Notes under the pieces: model-generated
Database searches by the model: none
Seen by the model: only the letters and a program-made list of their open reading frames with translations
Told to the model about the DNA's origin: nothing
In this document: positions 1 to 13,008 of the stretch, one piece after another
Layout: the number at the start of each line of letters is the position of its first letter
Numbering within the stretch: the stretch's first letter is position 1
Made by a program: the position numbers and the translations under genes
Assembly: GCF_036588685.1 (NCBI RefSeq)
Contig: NC_086376.1
Coordinates: forward strand, 73,263,630-73,327,629
DNA length: 64,000 nt
Source of the DNA: Mytilus trossulus
Lineage: Eukaryota
Direction: 5' to 3'

Positions 1-529
1 TGACGTCAATCACATTCACAGCTATTCAATGACAGGGAACACGATTGGAGACGTTGGTTTTCGGATGGATTCTAAAATAAAAGAAGATCAAAGCCGCTAT
101 TCAAAAATATATGAAGGTAATGTGTAGTGGTCAATATACAGACAAATGTCCAAACGTGCAACACAATAACTTTTGCTTTCTTCTAAACAGACAAGAAAAA
201 GAAAGGCACTATAAAAAAAGTTGTATTTACTGGCAGTGGCTTTTTTATTTTTAATTAATATCATTTATATTAGTATTATTCATTTATTAGCATTTGTTTC
301 TCCATCGCCTGTTTTAGAATTTCTTCCCTCGTTTATCTATTTTTCAAATTCAACAGATCTCTATAATTTGATGCAATAAGTGGTTAACAAAATAACAAGA
401 AACATGATTAAGAAATACACAAAATGAATGTGGATATTAACGTTTATAATTCGTGCATCGCCTACCGAAACAAGACTTTGAATGCAAAACTTATTCTGAT
501 CCATATGATACTTCACAACACGAAGAGAG

Positions 530-2210
530 ATGTGTGCACTTGACATAGGATGCATAAATACAGTTTCTCCAAGAAATAAAAAAAAATACAGTATAGATTG
601 TGATGTATCTCTTTGCCATCTTTTTAAACCAGTAAGATCGGAACCTTTACATAAGAAAAAGAGGAAGTTTCTTCCTGTTCAGTTTACCAAGAGAGGAATT
701 GATACAATCAACATCTGCAACGTTCAACACCAGAAGCAGGTAAAATCTAAAATTCCACTTTTTTTTATTTTCAAAATCAGTAAAAAATTTTGTACCTATT
801 GTATCATACAGTTACAAACCATTGCATCCAACGTATTTAACTATAAACAAGCATCGGAGGGCCTTGATTTGGCACAATACCTAAAGCAACCTCTGACATG
901 TGACTGTTTTCACTTGCCATATATTAACATCTTCTATGGTCATGTTATAACTGGGGGTCTAAACATTAATCAACATGAACATCTCCGAAAGTTGATATTT
1001 CATGGTCCTAAAATTTAGAGAACCCCAACATATTAATTGGAACCATAACTTCAAAATAAGAATGTTTTCCATTGAGGACTACGCCAGAGCATGGTCTAAA
1101 CTTAAATATTGTTCATGGCTTCAATGGACATTACATTGAACAACCAATCGAGATACCTACCTTGTTTGTATTGGATACCAAAGCTTCACAAAATTCTGAA
1201 CAAACAAGGGTACATTGCCGGCTCATCTGGATGTTCGACTTTATAATTGTCCATTAAATTGACAAAAATTCTGTCTGAAGTGAAAGAGGTCTTCAGAAAT
1301 AATGTGACACTGGTTACTGACGTATTGGCATTAACCATATGTGGATTCTGAAAAACTCTAAAGATTTTCTGAATAATTTTGAATCTCGATTTTTTTTCCT
1401 GCAATTAGTTCAATGAAAACTTTATACTTTTCAATCCTGTATACCACCATTTCCCATGTGAAATTGAAAAATCGTCTTAAAGAAAAAATCCACAATACTT
1501 TGAACATAAAAGTTGTAGCATACGCTATATTTGTTTCTTTTTGAAACTATACGGCATATTTTGTTAATTATGAACAAAAAGGTAAAAAATGCTATACAGA
1601 GGAACAAGTGATCAGTATGCTGGAGTTACTTATGGACAACATATGTGTTGGATTTGGAAATAGACTGTTTGTCGGCCTTCTTTGCTGACCTCTTCTTTTT
1701 TTCATGTGAATCGGAGTTCAGTCAGCCACTTGTCAAAATCATAGATGCCAGGCCATTTAATTTCACATTCAGGTATATTTATAACGTTCTCCATAAATAA
1801 TCTAAACTTTTCTGATTAGGTTTTGTTGATATATCCTCCAGAACTAGAAATTAAGGAAACAACAGACACGGCTTCCGCCGTCTCAAATTTAGACTTACCT
1901 CGAATTTGACATACACGGTCATCTCAGTACCAGAATGTATGACAAACGGAACGATTTTAATTTTGAATATCAATTTCCCCCACCTAACAAAATACAATAT
2001 TCACCTATATATAAGAGATAAATTTTTCACTTATTCGGCATCAAAGAGCTTGTAGCTCCTACGTAAACTTTGAGAAAACGTCATCAGTGTCTTTTTCAAA
2101 GATAAAACCATCGAAAGGTAGCAAGACCTTGTTAATAAATACTCAATATTAACATCACGAATATTTCAAGATGGTCTTGAAATACATATTCTGGGTACTG
2201 ACGTTGTTTA
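530..2210 (+). mobile_element. Degenerate Penelope-like retroelement (PLE) reverse-transcriptase relic
   Basis: Frameshifted translation gives GHVITG..LRKLIFHGPK/FREP..INW (~940-1045), LLADLF-like (~1680), a degenerate RYIDD motif read as RYIYNVL (~1770), IYPPELEIKETTDT (~1830) and STRMYDKR.DFNF (~1925). These are typical of molluscan PLE-type RTs. Many stops and frameshifts. Confidence 0.75.
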
Positions 2211-2264
2211 TCATCTCTATAACGTGATAAAGTATTATATTATTTGTCTTTATCAATATGGAAA

Positions 2265-2480
2265 TAAACTCATCATAGATACCAGGACTATATTTTGTAT
2301 ATATGCCAGACGCGCGTTTCGTCTACAGAAAGACTCATCAGTGACGCTCGAATCTAAAAAAAGTTTAAAAGGTCAAATAAAGTACAAAGTTGAAGAGCAT
2401 TGAGGACCAAAATTCCTAAAATTTTGCCAAATACAGCTAAGGTAATCTGTGCCTGAGGTAGAAAAGCCTTACTATTTAGA
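2265..2480 (-). ncRNA. Retrozyme/PLE-associated repeat with intact type I minimal hammerhead ribozyme core (2304-2347)
   Basis: Minus strand reads GCGTCA-CTGATGA-GTCT(ttctgt)AGAC-GAAA-CGCGCG-TC/TGGC: both catalytic boxes, stem II, palindromic stem III and a cleavage triplet. The flank is homologous to the 43.5-kb array. Confidence 0.8.
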
Positions 2481-2769
2481 ATTTACTGTCAGGTCTGTTT
2501 TTGTTGATATCCATTTGACGTGATTATGTACTTGTACAACCCGTCATTGTGTTATTGTTCATTGATAGTTTATGTATTCTTGTCATACAATTTTTGCTAA
2601 TATTCTTTCTTTGTCTATATGACTTGTTGTGTTTCTTTGTCACCTATGACGTGGTTCTGTACTTTTACACCCCTGCATTATGTTATAGTGCCAGGGTAAA
2701 TGTTGCTTATTCTTGACCTTCGTTTTTGCTTATGTGCTTTCTCTATGTGCCTGTTGTGATTCTGATTAT

Positions 2770-3100
2770 TGCACAATATTGACTACTGTACCCGTTTTGA
2801 CATTTTTACCTATTATGTCTGTTTGTATTGTTCACACATCGCTGTCAATAAAATGGAACTGTATGCGACTGTCATACAAGTGAGATGTTTAGCTAGCTAT
2901 AAAACCAGGTTAAATCAACCATTTTCTACATGAGAAAATATATGTACCAAGTCAGAAATATGGCACTTGTTATCCATTTGTTTGATTTTTTGATCTTTTA
3001 ATATTACCATTTGATTAGGGATTTTTTTCTCACGCAGTTCAGTATTTATGTGATTTAGTCATTTGATTAGGGTATTTCCGTTTTGAATTTTCCTCGCAGT
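2770..3100 (+). repeat. Dispersed SINE-like repeat (core AAAACCAGGTTCAATCCACCATTT..GTACCAAGTCAGGAATATG)
   Basis: Homologous copies at ~17150-17250, 27690-27870, 44630-44940 and 58345-58460 (+), and ~22500-22660, 39830-40030 and 53800-53910 (-). Confidence 0.65.
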
Positions 3101-3140
3101 AAGTAAACATTTATATATATATATATATATATTGTGCGTA

Positions 3141-3320
3141 CCTTCGTCGGGGGTTATATCAGCTGTCTTCCCAATTGAAGAAAACAAATCTAAAGATCTT
3201 AGAAATTTTTCTGAAAATCGCAGGTGATTTGGTCCGTCTTCCGAAGATATGCGTTGTTCATTGACTATAGGGGTTTTACAGGCATGCGAATCTTCATCCG
3301 ACGTTCTATCCATGGTTTAA
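3141..3320 (-). pseudogene. Paralogous copy of the first coding exon of the unknown gene at 20604-20788
   Basis: MDRTSDEDSHACKTPIVNEQRISSEDGPNHLRFSEKFLRSLDLFSSIGKTADITPDEG aligns with MDRTSDEALHCCKVPIFNGQRTSLEDGPNYLPFSKKYLRSFDLFSSIEKTADITSDGNEG. The donor GAAG/GTAC is the same. No matching downstream exon was seen in 1-3140. Confidence 0.65.
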
Positions 3321-3442
3321 CTAAAAAAAAAGAGTATTTGTTGAAAAATAATAACAGCATGTTTTGGTATTAACTTGTTCAATTTGTTACATGAACCAGA
3401 TAAAGTTTTATTAAAAAGTATCAAAAAGCCATTAGTGTTATT

Positions 3443-3620
3443 TAAAATTGAGAATGGAAATGGGGAATGTGCCAAACAACCCGATCATAGAGCAGACAAC
3501 AGCAGAAGGTCACCAACAGGTATTAAATGCAACGAGAAATGTCGGCACCTGGAGGCGTCCTTCAGCTGGCCCCTAAATAAATATATGCTAGTTCAGTGAT
3601 AATGAACGCCATACTAAACT
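3443..3620 (+). repeat. Dispersed repeat (AAAATTGAGAATGGAAATGGGGAATGTG family)
   Basis: Other copies at ~25780-25840 (+), 36570-36690 (-) and 46615-46765 (-). Confidence 0.7.
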
Positions 3621-5008
3621 TTACATTTTACTAAATAATATTTAGTTAATAGAGGTTGTCAAAACGTACATAGAGACAAGATATTTTCCATATGTACCCT
3701 TTGAGAGAAACTGAGATCCCCCAGTTTAGGTTTATGTTGTTTAATCTTTCGTTTTCTATTTTGTGTTGTGTGTACTATTATTTGTCTGTTTGCCTTTTTC
3801 TTTTTTAGCCGTGGCGTTGTCGGTTTGTTTTCTATCTATGAGTTTGACTGTCCGTTTGGTGTCTTTCGCCCTCTTTCACTAACTCTTATAATATTTATCA
3901 ATGTATTCAACTCATACGCAATATCATGTTCATTTATACAAAGTAAGACACATTGGTGGAAAAAGTACTATTTAACGGATATAAAAGTGAAATTTCATTT
4001 CGCTTATCCTGCATATTCTTTTTTACTCAAACTCATGCCCTGTCTTTTTATTACAAGTTTCATCATCGTCCCCTTTTTAGCATTATGTTTAGTTTTAAGG
4101 AATTTCATAATATTACGCAATTAATCAAACAAATAATCTGGGTAGAAAAGGTTTTGAAAATTCCATTTTTATTGACTGATTTGTCTGTATTCATATAAAT
4201 GACATATTGAAAACAATCTGACTATTTGCTGTATTAATGGCTATAAATAGATTCATTAATTGTATTCGAAAAAAGAATACACACAACGATTTGTATTTAA
4301 ACGTTAGTATTGCTTTGTGCAAAAGACACATATAATGTAACGTTTGTTTGCTCTTTGTTTCAAATATTTATATTCAATGCAAATGACGGTCAATAATTTA
4401 AAGATATGTTGTGATAACGATCGATCTATATCATGTATATCTAGATCAATCTGGTTTTCACACGTATATTTATAAACATACACGTACGATACATACACAA
4501 AGAACAATACACTGTTTTATTTCTTTTTTTAAACTTGTAATACAATTATAGAAAGGAAATAATGAACAATTGTAGACCATTCTATTCATTCAATAGTCTT
4601 CAATGTCAATTCAACCATTTGATATTATATCGTCTTTAGGAGCTCTTCTTTCTTTTTCTTCTTTAGGTTATAAACACCTTTTTTCAATTTTGACAGTGCA
4701 TTGTCTTTGATGTGTATTCGTTGGAGTTCATATTGGAATTAAGATTCAGTTATTCCCTCTTCATGGTCGACTCATCGCTAATTTGATGCGATAAAAAGTG
4801 TCATATTTATCAAATCTCCAGTCGTTTTCGTTATATTCACGCAATAATTCATTTAACAAAAATGTAAGTCTTTAATACTTGATCAATAAGTTTGAACTAT
4901 GAAAATGGTAAAATGTTGTTTTATAGATAGTCATTGATGTGTTTTCTAATATCACAAAAAAAATGACTCTTAAGGTATTTACGAATGAGGTAGGTTTTGG
5001 AGAAATGT

Positions 5009-5130
5009 CAATCTCCGGCGCAGAGATCACATATATCCGTTCCGTTCAATACTTTGTAACACTACACTCATATTAAGTGCAGTATTGCAAAGCATGTATG
5101 GAACGGATATGAACTCTGCGCCGGAGATTG
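5009..5130. mobile_element. Short MITE-like hairpin element
   Basis: Perfect 17-bp terminal inverted repeat CAATCTCCGGCGCAGAG / CTCTGCGCCGGAGATTG, plus inner IR ATATCCGTTCC / GGAACGGATAT. Confidence 0.7.
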
Positions 5131-5420
5131 GAGCAATGTGACACCATTTGTCGTATCAAAGATTACCATGGAGAGGGAATAGCTAGATCCCAAAACTAGT
5201 ATGAACTCACACGAATTCGCATTAACGACAATGCTCTGTGAAAAATTGAAAAAAAGTTTAAATATTAAAGCAAAGCATCAAAGAAAGATGGTCTTTTAAA
5301 CAATATTATATCATGTATATTAAATGGATTAATTCGCCATAAGTTTTATTATTGGGTAAAAGCCATTGACATTAATGACTACTGAATTAATAGAATGGTT
5401 AACAATTGTTCATTCTTTCC

Positions 5421-6998
5421 TTTTTTTAGCTCACATGGCCTAAAAGGCCAAGTGAGCTTTTCTCATCACTTGGCGTCCGGCGTCCGACGTCTGTCGTCGT
5501 CCGTCGTCCGGCGTCGTTAACTTTTACAAGATCTATCTGCCCTGAAATTTTCAGATGAATCAGACAACCTGTTGTTGGGTTGCTGCCCCTGAATTGGTAA
5601 TTTTAAGGAAATTTTGCTGTTTTTGGTTATTATCTTGAATATTTTTATATATGGAGATAAACTGTAAACAGCAATAATGTTCAGCAAAGTAAGATTTACA
5701 AATAAGTCAACTTGACCAAAATGGTCAGTTGACCCCTTTAGGAGTTATTGCCCTTTATAGTCAATTTTTTACCATTTTTCGTAAATCTCCATGATCTTTT
5801 ACGAAAATCTTCTTCTCTGAAACTACCCGGCCAAATTGATCCAAAATTGGCCACAATCATCATTGATGTATCTAGTTTAAAAATTGTGTTTTTTGACTCG
5901 GCCAACCAACCAAAATGACCGCCATGGCTAAAAATAGAACATGGAGGTTAAATGCAGTTTTTGGTTATTACTCAAAAACCAAAGCATTTAGAGCAAAACT
6001 GACAATGGGTAAAATTGTTTATCTGGTGGAGATCTATCTGCCCTGAAATTTTAAGATGAACGGGACAACCCGTTGTTGGGTTGCTGCCCCTTAATTGGTA
6101 ATTTTAAGGAAATTTTGCTGTTTTTGGATATTTTCTTGAATATTATTATGGATAAAGATAAACTGTAAGCAGCAAAAATGTTCAGCAAAGTAAGATTTAC
6201 AAATAAGTCAACATGACCAAAATGGTCAGTTGACCCCTTTAGGAGTCATTGCCCTTTATAGTCAATTTTTAACCATTTTTCGTAAATTTTAGTTAACTTT
6301 TACAAAAAGCTTCTGCTCTGAAACTACTGGGCCAAATTTTACCAAACATAGCCAGAATCATTATTAAGCTATCTTGTTTAAAAATTGTGTTTTGTGACCG
6401 GGCAAACCAACCAAGATGGCCGCTACGGCTAAGAATAGAACATAGGGGTAACATGCAGTTTTTGGCTTATAACTCAAAAACCAAGCATTTGGAGCAAATC
6501 TGACAAGGGGTAAAATTGTTTATCTGGTGAAGATCTATCTGCCCTGAAATTTTTAGATGAATCGGACATCTCGTTATTAGGTTGCTGCCCCTAAATTGGT
6601 AATTTTAAGGAAATTTTTCTGTTTTGGGTTATTATCTTGAATATTATTATGGATAGAGATAAACTGTAAACAGCAATAATGTACAGCAATTTAAGACTAA
6701 AAAATAAGTCAAAATGACCAAAATGGTCAATTGACCGCCTAAGAAGTAATTGTCCTTTATAATCAATTTTTAACAATTTTCATACAATTTGTAAATTTTT
6801 ACTAACATTTTCCACTGAAACTACACGGACAAGTTCATTATAGATAGAGATAATTGTAAGCAGCAAGATTGTCAGTCAAGAAAGATGTACAAACACATCA
6901 CAATCACCTAAACACAATTTTGTCATGAACTGTCTGCTTCCTTTGTTTAATTCACAAATACCAAGGTGAGCGACACAGGCTCTTTAGAGCCTCTAGTT
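5421..6998 (+). mobile_element. Helentron-associated non-autonomous element (HINE/pearl-like) with internal ~500-bp tandem array
   Basis: T-run followed by a GCTCAC..GTGAGC subterminal hairpin, a GTCC/CGT microsatellite-like tract, and array units marked by AGATCTATCTGCCCTGAAATTTT at 5529, 6029 and 6531. The 3' end has GTGAGC (6966) and stem-loop AGGCTCT-TT-AGAGCCT, ending in TT. Confidence 0.85.
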
Positions 6999-7243
6999 TA
7001 ATATGAAATAAAACACAACTAAATATTCATTAAGCAAAAAAATATTTTACTTCCAGTCATGGGCCCAACAGGCACCAACATTCCACTCACCAAAATCATC
7101 AATGAGATAAAAAAACAAAACAATTTAAGTTCTTAAACATGTTAAAGTAATATACGATTTGTAATTATATAACGCTTTCGAATGCAAGTGTGATTGATAT
7201 TATTGATGACATATATATAGCCAAAAACAAAAGATGTCACAAT

Positions 7244-7545
7244 AAACAAGAAAGTGTCCTCAGTACACGAATGCCCCACTTACATTATCATTTTCTATGT
7301 TCAGTGGACCGTGAAATTGGGGTCAAATCTCTAATTTGGCATTAAAATTAGAAAGATCATATCATAGGCAACATGTGCACTAAGTTTGAAGTCGATTGGA
7401 CTGCAACTTCATCAAAAACTACATTGATCAAAAACTTTAACCTGAGGCGTGCGGACGGACGGACGGACGGACGGACGGACGGACGGACGGACGAACAGAC
7501 CAGAAAACATAATGCCCCTCTACTATCGTAGGTGGGGCATAAAAA
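7244..7545 (-). mobile_element. Short HINE-type element with (GTCC)n microsatellite
   Basis: Minus strand starts with the TTTTTATGCCCCACC..GGGGCAT hairpin. About 10 GGAC units lie at 7452-7491, a second ATGCCCC subterminal repeat at ~7271, and the element ends in CTTGTT. Confidence 0.8.
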
Positions 7546-9419
7546 TGTACACAATAATAGTTATATATATATATTGTACATATTTAGTTAAGATTATAAT
7601 ACATATTATATAAAGATAAACATATAGTCAACTAGCAAAAAACAAAAACTATACAAGTAACCATGTGTCATCCTGCGTGAGCAGAAAATGTGAATTTAAA
7701 GCATTTTGGTTTCCGAGAGGCATAGCTGACACCAGGGTTTGATGCCTCATGTACCATAGTCATGTATAAATATATCGTTCCTACCTGTATCAAAAAGCAA
7801 ACAACATGCAAGGTAGAATCATAAGTAACTTCCAGGTTATGATGCCTTAATTATAACAGAGAACATGTGAACAAAAAATTGTATTCTATAAATATATAAA
7901 TAAACGGGTGAAAACCGGAATAAGCTAGATATAGATCGATCGTTATCCAAACAAATCTTCATTCAAATATACATATCTAACATGTTTCAAACAGAAAGCA
8001 AAGAAACGCTGTTGTATATAAAATGTATTTTACACAAAGCAAAAGTATGGTATACATACAAATCATTGTGTATGTTTTTTTTCTCTCTCTCTCTCGAATG
8101 CAAATAAATCTATTTAAAGCCAGTGACACAGCGAATATTCAGGTTGTTAAGTAGGTCATGTATACACACTAATCAGTCGATAAAAGTGGAATTATATTCT
8201 CTTTTTTTTTCTATTTTCTATCATTTATCTATTGATTTAAATATCTTAAATGTTTATTTGCATGTTTTATGCAAGTTTTTTGTAATCAACATTTTTTGAA
8301 AGTTCTTTTATTTTGGTTTCGATTGTATTTGGACAAGCAATAACTACGAGGATTTCTATTTATAGATGTCAATATCAAAATAGAAAAATCATCAAGAAAA
8401 CATATATTAAACTAACATATAACAATATTAAGTAATAACACATATACATGGTGATGTGTAAATCTCAGGAGTAATTCAGGTATACAAAATACCTATTATA
8501 TATTTTATAATTAAAAAAATATTCTAGTGGTCCAAGTAGATATTGCCATGGCCATGTGAAAAGGGTCACATTTAAAAACAAATGACATATTCTTTTCTAG
8601 TGTAAGAAATTCTTTGATTGAATTTTGCAATCCTATAAAACCTACCTGATTTTCACAAAGTTTGGTTCTAGAAATATACCATTTTAAAGGAGTATAAATT
8701 ATTAAGTTTTTTTTTATCTTATTATTTCCTTTTTTTCTTTTTTTCTTAAATTTCCAACTAAACCAGTATTCATATTGAATGGAATTATTGTTTGTGTTTG
8801 GTTATAAATTCAATCACTTAGTTTAATCCATAAATCTTATATTTTATATATCATGTCGAAATATGTGCTCAATTCTTGTATCTGTTTGTTATATCTTAAT
8901 TTTGAATTCATTTGAGTCTATGATTTTGTATTGAAACCAATGAAGTATCGAATTTTTTTGGTGGTGTAAAAAGACATATTTGCACTTTTCCCAATCAACA
9001 TTTGTATTTACTCTCAGAGACCAGTTATCTTTACAGTAAAGCCTTTTACCTTTTTTTCTGATAAAACCTCACATATACATATCTTTTAAGCTATTTATAT
9101 GATAAACAAAGTGTTCTTATTTTATTTAAAAGAAGTGGTCCATGAATTTAATAAAGACAATCGAAATGGATATTATGTTTGAGAGAACTTTGATATGATT
9201 TTATTGCTGTTAGATCCAAATTATAACTAGAAATTAGGTTTAATTTCATAAATACAATGCATGTTGGCATTTCTCAAAAGACATTGATTTACCCTCATTA
9301 TCTACCAGAACATTTATCAGCTAAGTCTTTTAAAGGAAAAATATGACTGAAATAAAAACAAATAATTTAATAACTAAAACAATACGTATTATTTAAACAT
9401 AAAATATACATTAAAAAAA

Positions 9420-9900
9420 TAAAGAAAAGACTGTAACAGAATTCTTGAAATCTTCAATTATGTGATACCAAAACAATACCTACTTGTGAGAATATGTTTA
9501 CATAATATTATCCCAGTCCAGTTAATAAGAAGTTAGTATCAAAACACAGTGTAGGTCAATGACCGTATAATACGTTTATCGATTCATTTAACAAGGATAT
9601 AATGTAGAAATTCATAATGCGTACACACTTCTATCCAATTATAATTAGTACAAAATTTGAAACTTTAAGCATGTGTATAATATAAACACAAACAATGAAC
9701 AACCAATATCAGATGAGTTTTCCAGTCGATTAAAAAAAAACTACCAAAAACCACACAAAACTGGTTACAGTGACATTGGGAACTCATTGGATACGTTTAG
9801 TTCATTGTGTACGTGACTGCCGATATTTTATTTGTACTCGGATGTACTAAGAGGTGAAACGATATTATTTTCTGGCTCCTACGGATATTTATAAGAGTTT
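9420..9900 (-). repeat. Segmental duplicate of 21820-22350 (upstream exon/promoter region of the unknown gene)
   Basis: Collinear shared blocks: CTGTAACAGAAT, GAATATGTTTACAT, GTAGGTCAATGACC, ATGAACAACCAATATCAG, GTGACATTGGGAA, GTGTACGTGACTGCCGATA. Confidence 0.8.
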
Positions 9901-10532
9901 TCCCAACTAAAGCTTCTAGAATCATATTCAAAACAGTGTGGTCCTGGCCATTGATTGATGACCTCAATTATCCCATTGACTGTGACAGATTAAGTGAACG
10001 TTTGTCGGTTACAATCACTGCTCACTATGAACTTGTTAAAGACACTGAATCTGTGGGGTCACCAAAGTTTCTCAGCACCAAAATAACGCAATTCGAAAAA
10101 CGAATCCGGAATAATACGATGTGTTGATTTATATTAATAATATAAATCAAAACATAAAGGTTATTCCTGAATAATTTTTCGAAGGCATTACAAATTTTTG
10201 TCAGACTATGATTAAGTTTTCAAAGTTATAAGTAGTAATATTGTTATTGAACTTTTGGGTGAGAATACGATTTTTGAAAAGAAAAAAAAAGAAAATGTTT
10301 TTTCTTGTTTTTTCTTGTTTTTTCTTCAATCAATGGTTTTGATGAGAAAATAGCACTCTGTTTAAAATAGATCAACAGGGCAAATATTTACCTCAGAACA
10401 GTTTATTCATATTTTTATATAAGGAAAATACATTGCCGTTTCTTTTTTTGACTAGAAAATAATAGGTAAAAATTAGGATAAAGCCGTACTGTGTTTTAAT
10501 CTTAATCACTATAAAACAAACAAATATTCTAA

Positions 10533-13008
10533 GGACATACGGTACAGTTACAGGGAAGGAGATGACGTTGCTAAAGTTAACTGTTATTTCTGCGACGTCA
10601 AACGGTGACTTATCGGGAAAAGATGCAGATTCCGGCTGATTTTTATCATTCAAACTGATTTAACTTGAAAACGAGTTTATGTACCCTTCTTTTATAAAAT
10701 GATATTTGATTTGATTACTTAAGAAGATTATATAAATACAAAGATGTGGTATGATTGCCATTGAGAAAACTGTCCACAAGAGACCAAAATGACACAGATA
10801 TTAACAACTTTAGGTCATCGTATGGCCTTCAACAACGAGCAAAGCCCATACCGCATAGTCAGCTATAAAAGGCCCCGATATGACAATGAAAAAAGCAATT
10901 CAAAAGAGAAAACAACCACTGAATTACAGGCTCCTGGCTTGGGACAGACACATACTTAAATATTGTGGCAGGGTTAAACATGTTAACGGGATCCCAACCC
11001 TCCCCTAACCTGGGACAGTGGTATAACAGTACAACATAAGAAGGAACGGAACTATAAAAATCAGTTGAAAAGGTTAAACTCGGCAGAAGGACAAAAATAC
11101 AGTTGGACGTATGCTTAGAAACGTCGCACGCTACTGGTGTTACTTTGGTGAAATCACGGACAAGACACATTCATCTTGTTAATTTTTAAACATAAGAAAT
11201 TATATTATAAAGTGTTGTATATCATTTTTTAAGCTTTTAAACTCTTCTTTCAGATTATTGCAATTTTGTATATGTAACAGACCATTTTAATTAATTAAAA
11301 CTCAATAAAACCTTTATTTTGCAATATGATATCCTTGTCCCGCGTTACACTTTTAGTTTTGTGAAATTCTGAATGCCGTAAAAAACATATAATTTTTTTA
11401 ACCCAACGACATACAAGTATGTCTAGAAAAAGCAATTTATCAGTGGGCGATGACGAAATGTCGATTTTTCTCTCTCGAAAAGTCTGAAATAAAAGAAAAA
11501 GGGATCAAGATGATACAAATTATGTGTCCCATGCACGAAAGATTGCCGTAATTTTTTTTGAATTGTCCCAAAGAGGGAATTTCTGAGAAATCTCCATGTC
11601 GAAAGTCAATAATTCTTATACTAGTATTTTGTACAAAGATTACACTTTCGCCTCATGCAGTAATCAGGAAATTTTAAAACAAATTCTTTTTATTCGAGTT
11701 GATTAGCAATGTCCGACATTTTGTCCCTTTCAAACCAAATTGAATGTAGGGTTACGTTGTCTGTGTTTTCATGATGTTTTTTTAATACAGTGCCATTCGC
11801 TACATAAACAAAAATATAATGGATAAAAGTACAAAAATTTATCCCTATTTTGATATTAAATTCCCTTAAATTAAATCTAATATACAAGATATCAGATAAA
11901 ACTAAAATGTCCGATATAATGTCCCCACATACGATTTTGACGTTATTTAATAAAATATGCTTCTAACGTTCCGTCTAATTGTAATTATTGCGGTTTTCAC
12001 AGACGATTTGGAATACGGCTATCTTATTTTGTTGCTTAATAAGAAAACTTTAAAATTAATGTTTTATGTTGAAGGTCTACCGATTCACAAAGAAAGGATG
12101 GAAGAGAGATTTCCTCACGGAACTGAAGTGTTTTCCGGACTATAATATTCAGATCCTACAAATTAATAGAAAAACAACAGCTATAATAATTGTTCTCGCT
12201 AATTCCCTTGCATATATTTGTGCAGAGCTGCCATGCTAGATATGCCGTTGTCCTTTTGCCTTGACATTCTGGAGTGCAAAAATGAATGCATTTGCAGTGC
12301 ATAGTCAATCCATAATAAAAGAAATTGAATGCCCTTATAATTAAAATGTATATAATTAAATGGTTCCAATTAAAGTTACTCTTTTATCTTTAATTTGTTA
12401 ATAGAACTAAAGCTTAACATCTTTTATCTAAGAAAAAAAATCCTTTCTTAGGAAAAAAATGAATCCTTTAAAATTTATTGTAAAAACTATCTGAACAACA
12501 TGCATTTCAACGTTTTTATTTTGTCTTACGTCTTTGAGTGTGTAACGTTAGGTGACACCAGTATCGTGCGACGTTTCCAATTTTCCATGAAAACGTAAAA
12601 AGTGCATTAAAAAAAAAAAAAATTATTAATATACAGCAAACACTGATGATTGTTTTCTACATTCATGAACATGTGATAAATTTGAGTTATTTGTAAAAAT
12701 AACATGTTCAAATTTATTGTAAAAATTTATGCAATACTCATGTAACACACAAACTACAAATAATTGAAAAAAAACAGCTCGTGTTTATCTTTTAAAAGAA
12801 AAAAGATATGTATTTCTACAGAAAGGAAAAATACGTCCACAAATCCGTATTTTGAGGAAATATCTGAAATTTGAACCTCAATCTACTCATAACGTACAAC
12901 ATGAAGGTATATATTTTATTACATATTTGTTATAATCGGGTAAAAATATAGCTTACATGCAAATTTTCATCAAAATTTAAATAAGTATCAAAACTGTATC
13001 GTATGTCC
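10533..13008. mobile_element. Interrupted copy of TTAA-type (Kolobok-like) non-autonomous DNA transposon
   Basis: Ends GGACATACGGTACAGTT / AACTGTATCGTATGTCC-TTAA. Both arms are homologous to the element at 38517-39135, with about 1.9 kb of extra sequence inside. Confidence 0.65.
10740..11110 (+). repeat. Abundant SINE-like repeat (AAGATGTGGTATGATTGCCAATGAGACAACT family)
   Basis: Further copies at ~28175-28550, 33915-34170, 35068-35270, 46120-46250, 55510-55760 and 57400-57560 (+), and ~33455-33705, 47975-48145, 53490-53657 and 54335-54540 (-). Confidence 0.8.

Noticed and set aside
7357-7554. ORF with SVRP repeats
   Set aside because: It is the translation of the (GTCC)n microsatellite of a HINE.
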